A program made the position numbers and the translations under genes. The notes beneath the pieces are model-generated. The model was not told the DNA's origin, searched no databases, and was given only the letters and a program-made list of their open reading frames with translations. Below, one piece after another: positions 61,625-64,000 of a stretch of DNA of 64,000 bases; the stretch's first letter is position 1; the number at the start of each line of letters is the position of its first letter. The DNA is from Gammaproteobacteria bacterium (GTDB taxonomy: Bacteria > Pseudomonadota > Gammaproteobacteria > Eutrophobiales > Eutrophobiaceae): the NCBI GenBank assembly GCA_030835405.1, contig JAURPG010000065.1, positions 1,505 to 65,504 on the forward strand, in the 5' to 3' direction.

Positions 61625-64000
61625 ATGTTAGGGAAAAAGGATGAGACACCTCATCCTGCTAAAAAGCCCGTCGCCCAGGATCAACAACCATCGAAGTTTT
61701 CTGACTCGTTGAAGGAACTGGAACCCAGGATCATGCTCGATGCTGCCGCCGTGGCCACAGGGGCTGAAATGGCGGCGGACGATGAGGCAGAAAACCAGGC
61801 AGAGCAGGCCGCCAGTTCTAACTTCGCAGATGCCGAACCCCCTGCTGTGGTTCAAAATACCGAGAAGCTATTTGAATCTTTAGCCGAGATACAGCCGCCG
61901 GCAGAGAACAACGAAATTGTTTTTATCGATCGGGGTGTCGATGATTACGAGACACTGCTTGCGGGAGTGAGTTCAAATGCGGATGTTGTCTTTCTGGATT
62001 CAAATTCCGATGGTGTAAGGCAGATAGCAGATGTCATCGGTGAAAGAGAAAATGTAGATGCCATCCATATTATCGCCCATGGTGATTCTGGGCAGTTGCA
62101 ACTGGGTAGCTCAATTTTGACTCAGGAATCGATGCAAAATGAATTTGCAGATGATTTAAAAATAATCGGTGAAGCACTGAATGAATCGGCAGATATATTA
62201 ATCTATGGCTGTAATTTTGGTCAGGGTGAACAAGGGGTCGAAGCTGTAACGACATTATCCGAGTTAACTGGAGCGGATGTTGCTGCATCAGAAGATATTA
62301 CTGGCCATGTTTCGTTGGGAGGAGACTGGGACCTTGAAACCAAGGTCGGTGAGATTGAAACAGACCTGTTTGCATCAACAGAGACATTGGAGTCATATTC
62401 TGGTGCGCTATTAGCAGTGCAGGATGCAACAGTTGTTACCGCAGATCAAATCTCCGCTGCAATGTCTCCAGCAGGCAATGGGTTAACAATTACCAATTCA
62501 ACAGTTCCGAGTTCAGCGGACGATAATGCAGTTGGTGTATTTACAGGAGGGGATTTAACAGGGTTAGGATTAGATTCAGGCATAATTTTTACAACAGGTC
62601 AACTTAGTAACGTTGTTGATACGAATAGTACCAATGACCTGATGGATATCGACAACCAAAACTTCAATAGTGAAGATGCTGAGCTCGATACCATAGTAAA
62701 TGGTGATCAGGTTGATAGATCTGAATTTACACATAACTTCTCGACAGGGATTGGAATAAATAAAGTTGTATTCAGGTATGTGCTGGGGACAGATCAGGAT
62801 CCATCAACAATTCCAACCACTGGTAAAAATGCCGATACTGGTAATGATGCATTTGGCATATTTTTGACAGATGATGTTGATGTTAGTGGTGATCCGCTTG
62901 GCATGCCTAATCCAGCAGTTTGGACAGAGGTAGTTGGTGATAGCGTTTTAGGCCTTGATGGTGCCGGTGCATTTACGAGAGGGTACGCGGTTGATAGTAA
63001 TGGTTATGGAACTGACTTCGATTATCTGACGGGCGTCATAAATTCGGCTGCGATTACGGTTACAGATTCAACTCTTTATCATCTTAAAATCGAATTAGCT
63101 GACTATGAAAATACTGATATTGATACAGGCGTATTCATTTCCTATTTCGGCTCATCATTATTTTTAGATGCCGATGGTGACGATAACAGCGGTGCCACCG
63201 GTGAATATGACTTCCTGAGAAATGGCGCGCCAGGTTCTGCTAATGAGGGCTTTAGTTATGACCCCGGTGGGACAGGTGTTTCAATTGTTGATTCGGACGT
63301 AGAAGTTGCTAATTATGATTCAAGCACAATTGCAAGCGCTACGATCACAATTACTTCTGGATTTGATTCCGCAACTGATGTTCTCAATTATACTGGTTCT
63401 AATGGTGATATATCTTTTTCTGAAACAGCGCTTGGGTCTGGAATATATAACCTGACCTGGTCAGGCGCATTTGGAGATAACACAGCAGCCATCTCACAGG
63501 CCTTACAGGACATAGAATTTTTCACTACGTCTACCAATACGACTGAACGCCAGGTCTCAATAGTTTTAACTGATGATACCGATGGGGCAACCACACACAC
63601 AACCAATAGTAATACTGCGACAACCTTTATTACTATCAATAGTGTAATCAATAGTGTAAATCAAACACCTACCGACATAACCTTAGACAGTAATACTGTT
63701 CTTGAAAACCAGGTTGCTGGAACCCTGGTGGGTAATCTGGGGGCGGTAGATGCCGATGTTGGTGATACCTTTACCTATACCCTCCTGGACGATGTTACCT
63801 ATCCGGACAATACCAGTTTTCAGATCACCGGTAGTCAGTTACAAACCTCGGCATCATTTAACTACGAAGCAAAATCTAGTTATAGCATTCAGGTACGTGT
63901 CACCGATGCCGCTGGCGCTACCTATGATGAAGTGTTGACAATTAATATTCAGAATATAAACGAAGAGCCAACGGTAACAATTTCATCAAATAACCAAACA
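61625..64000 (+). CDS. giant repetitive adhesin (DUF4347-like N-domain, Ca-binding and cadherin-type repeats); 3' end outside window
   Basis: Open frame for 792 codons to the window edge, read manually. N-domain 'VFIDRGVDDYETLLAGV..DAIHIIAHGDSGQLQLG..LIYGCNFGQGEQG' and a cadherin-like repeat 'VNQTPTDITLDSNTVLENQVAGTLVGNL..DADVGDTFTYTL..NINEEPT'. Confidence 0.75.
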   Translation, partial: MLGKKDETPHPAKKPVAQDQQPSKFSDSLKELEPRIMLDAAAVATGAEMAADDEAENQAEQAASSNFADAEPPAVVQNTEKLFESLAEIQPPAENNEIVFIDRGVDDYETLLAGVSSNADVVFLDSNSDGVRQIADVIGERENVDAIHIIAHGDSGQLQLGSSILTQESMQNEFADDLKIIGEALNESADILIYGCNFGQGEQGVEAVTTLSELTGADVAASEDITGHVSLGGDWDLETKVGEIETDLFASTETLESYSGALLAVQDATVVTADQISAAMSPAGNGLTITNSTVPSSADDNAVGVFTGGDLTGLGLDSGIIFTTGQLSNVVDTNSTNDLMDIDNQNFNSEDAELDTIVNGDQVDRSEFTHNFSTGIGINKVVFRYVLGTDQDPSTIPTTGKNADTGNDAFGIFLTDDVDVSGDPLGMPNPAVWTEVVGDSVLGLDGAGAFTRGYAVDSNGYGTDFDYLTGVINSAAITVTDSTLYHLKIELADYENTDIDTGVFISYFGSSLFLDADGDDNSGATGEYDFLRNGAPGSANEGFSYDPGGTGVSIVDSDVEVANYDSSTIASATITITSGFDSATDVLNYTGSNGDISFSETALGSGIYNLTWSGAFGDNTAAISQALQDIEFFTTSTNTTERQVSIVLTDDTDGATTHTTNSNTATTFITINSVINSVNQTPTDITLDSNTVLENQVAGTLVGNLGAVDADVGDTFTYTLLDDVTYPDNTSFQITGSQLQTSASFNYEAKSSYSIQVRVTDAAGATYDEVLTINIQNINEEPTVTISSNNQT

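Overview
This 64-kb window from a gammaproteobacterium (marine or environmental by gene content) is mostly core and housekeeping DNA, with several accessory patches. The conserved block recA-recX-alaS-lysC-csrA-tRNA-Ser is Pseudomonas-like in arrangement. Reading 5' to 3', the window holds:

- a TonB-dependent receptor tail, a secreted SAM methyltransferase and a full TonB-dependent receptor;
- two paralogous ~600-aa secreted proteins of unknown family flanking a LolD/MacB-type ABC ATPase and a double-FtsX permease;
- an S1/P1-nuclease-like gene, tRNA-Arg(UCG), and a 480-bp structured non-coding gap upstream of hflK-hflC;
- a peroxiredoxin-glutaredoxin hybrid, dps, two MBL-fold hydrolases and a hotdog thioesterase;
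- a DksA/TraR-family gene, an HPP-family gene, an M20 peptidase, a fatty-acid hydroxylase, an SRPBCC protein and a MetE-like methyltransferase;
- a TAXI-TRAP transporter pair, a cold-shock protein, ttcA, an M50 protease and mscS;
- a TPR-sulfotransferase, TPR-GT41 (OGT-like) and Zn-ribbon C-methyltransferase cluster;
- an OmpA-like protein, an OmpR-type two-component pair, and a protein fusing two cNMP-binding domains, a rhodanese domain and a 450-aa charged coiled-coil;
- tadA, a CinA/PncC-domain gene, thpR, recA, recX, alaS, lysC (interrupted by an in-frame TAG), csrA and tRNA-Ser(GCU).

Directly after tRNA-Ser lies a ~5.4-kb islet. It is bracketed by 84-bp direct repeats derived from the 3' end of an IS6-family transposase; a larger 450-bp transposase pseudogene sits at the distal side. 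Its cargo is a hybrid CHASE/PAS histidine kinase with an Hpt domain and an AT-rich REC-EAL c-di-GMP phosphodiesterase.

The islet is followed by a 2.5-copy tandem repeat with terminator hairpins and GGA-in-loop hairpins. These are candidate Csr/Rsm sRNAs or att remnants.

The window ends with an amidohydrolase, a small membrane protein, a 630-bp AT-rich region and the 5' end of a giant adhesin. The adhesin has a DUF4347-like N-domain and cadherin-type repeats and runs off the window.

Three genes (the FtsX permease, mscS and recX) have clear N-terminal homology upstream of their first ATG, suggesting non-canonical CTG starts or local sequence errors.
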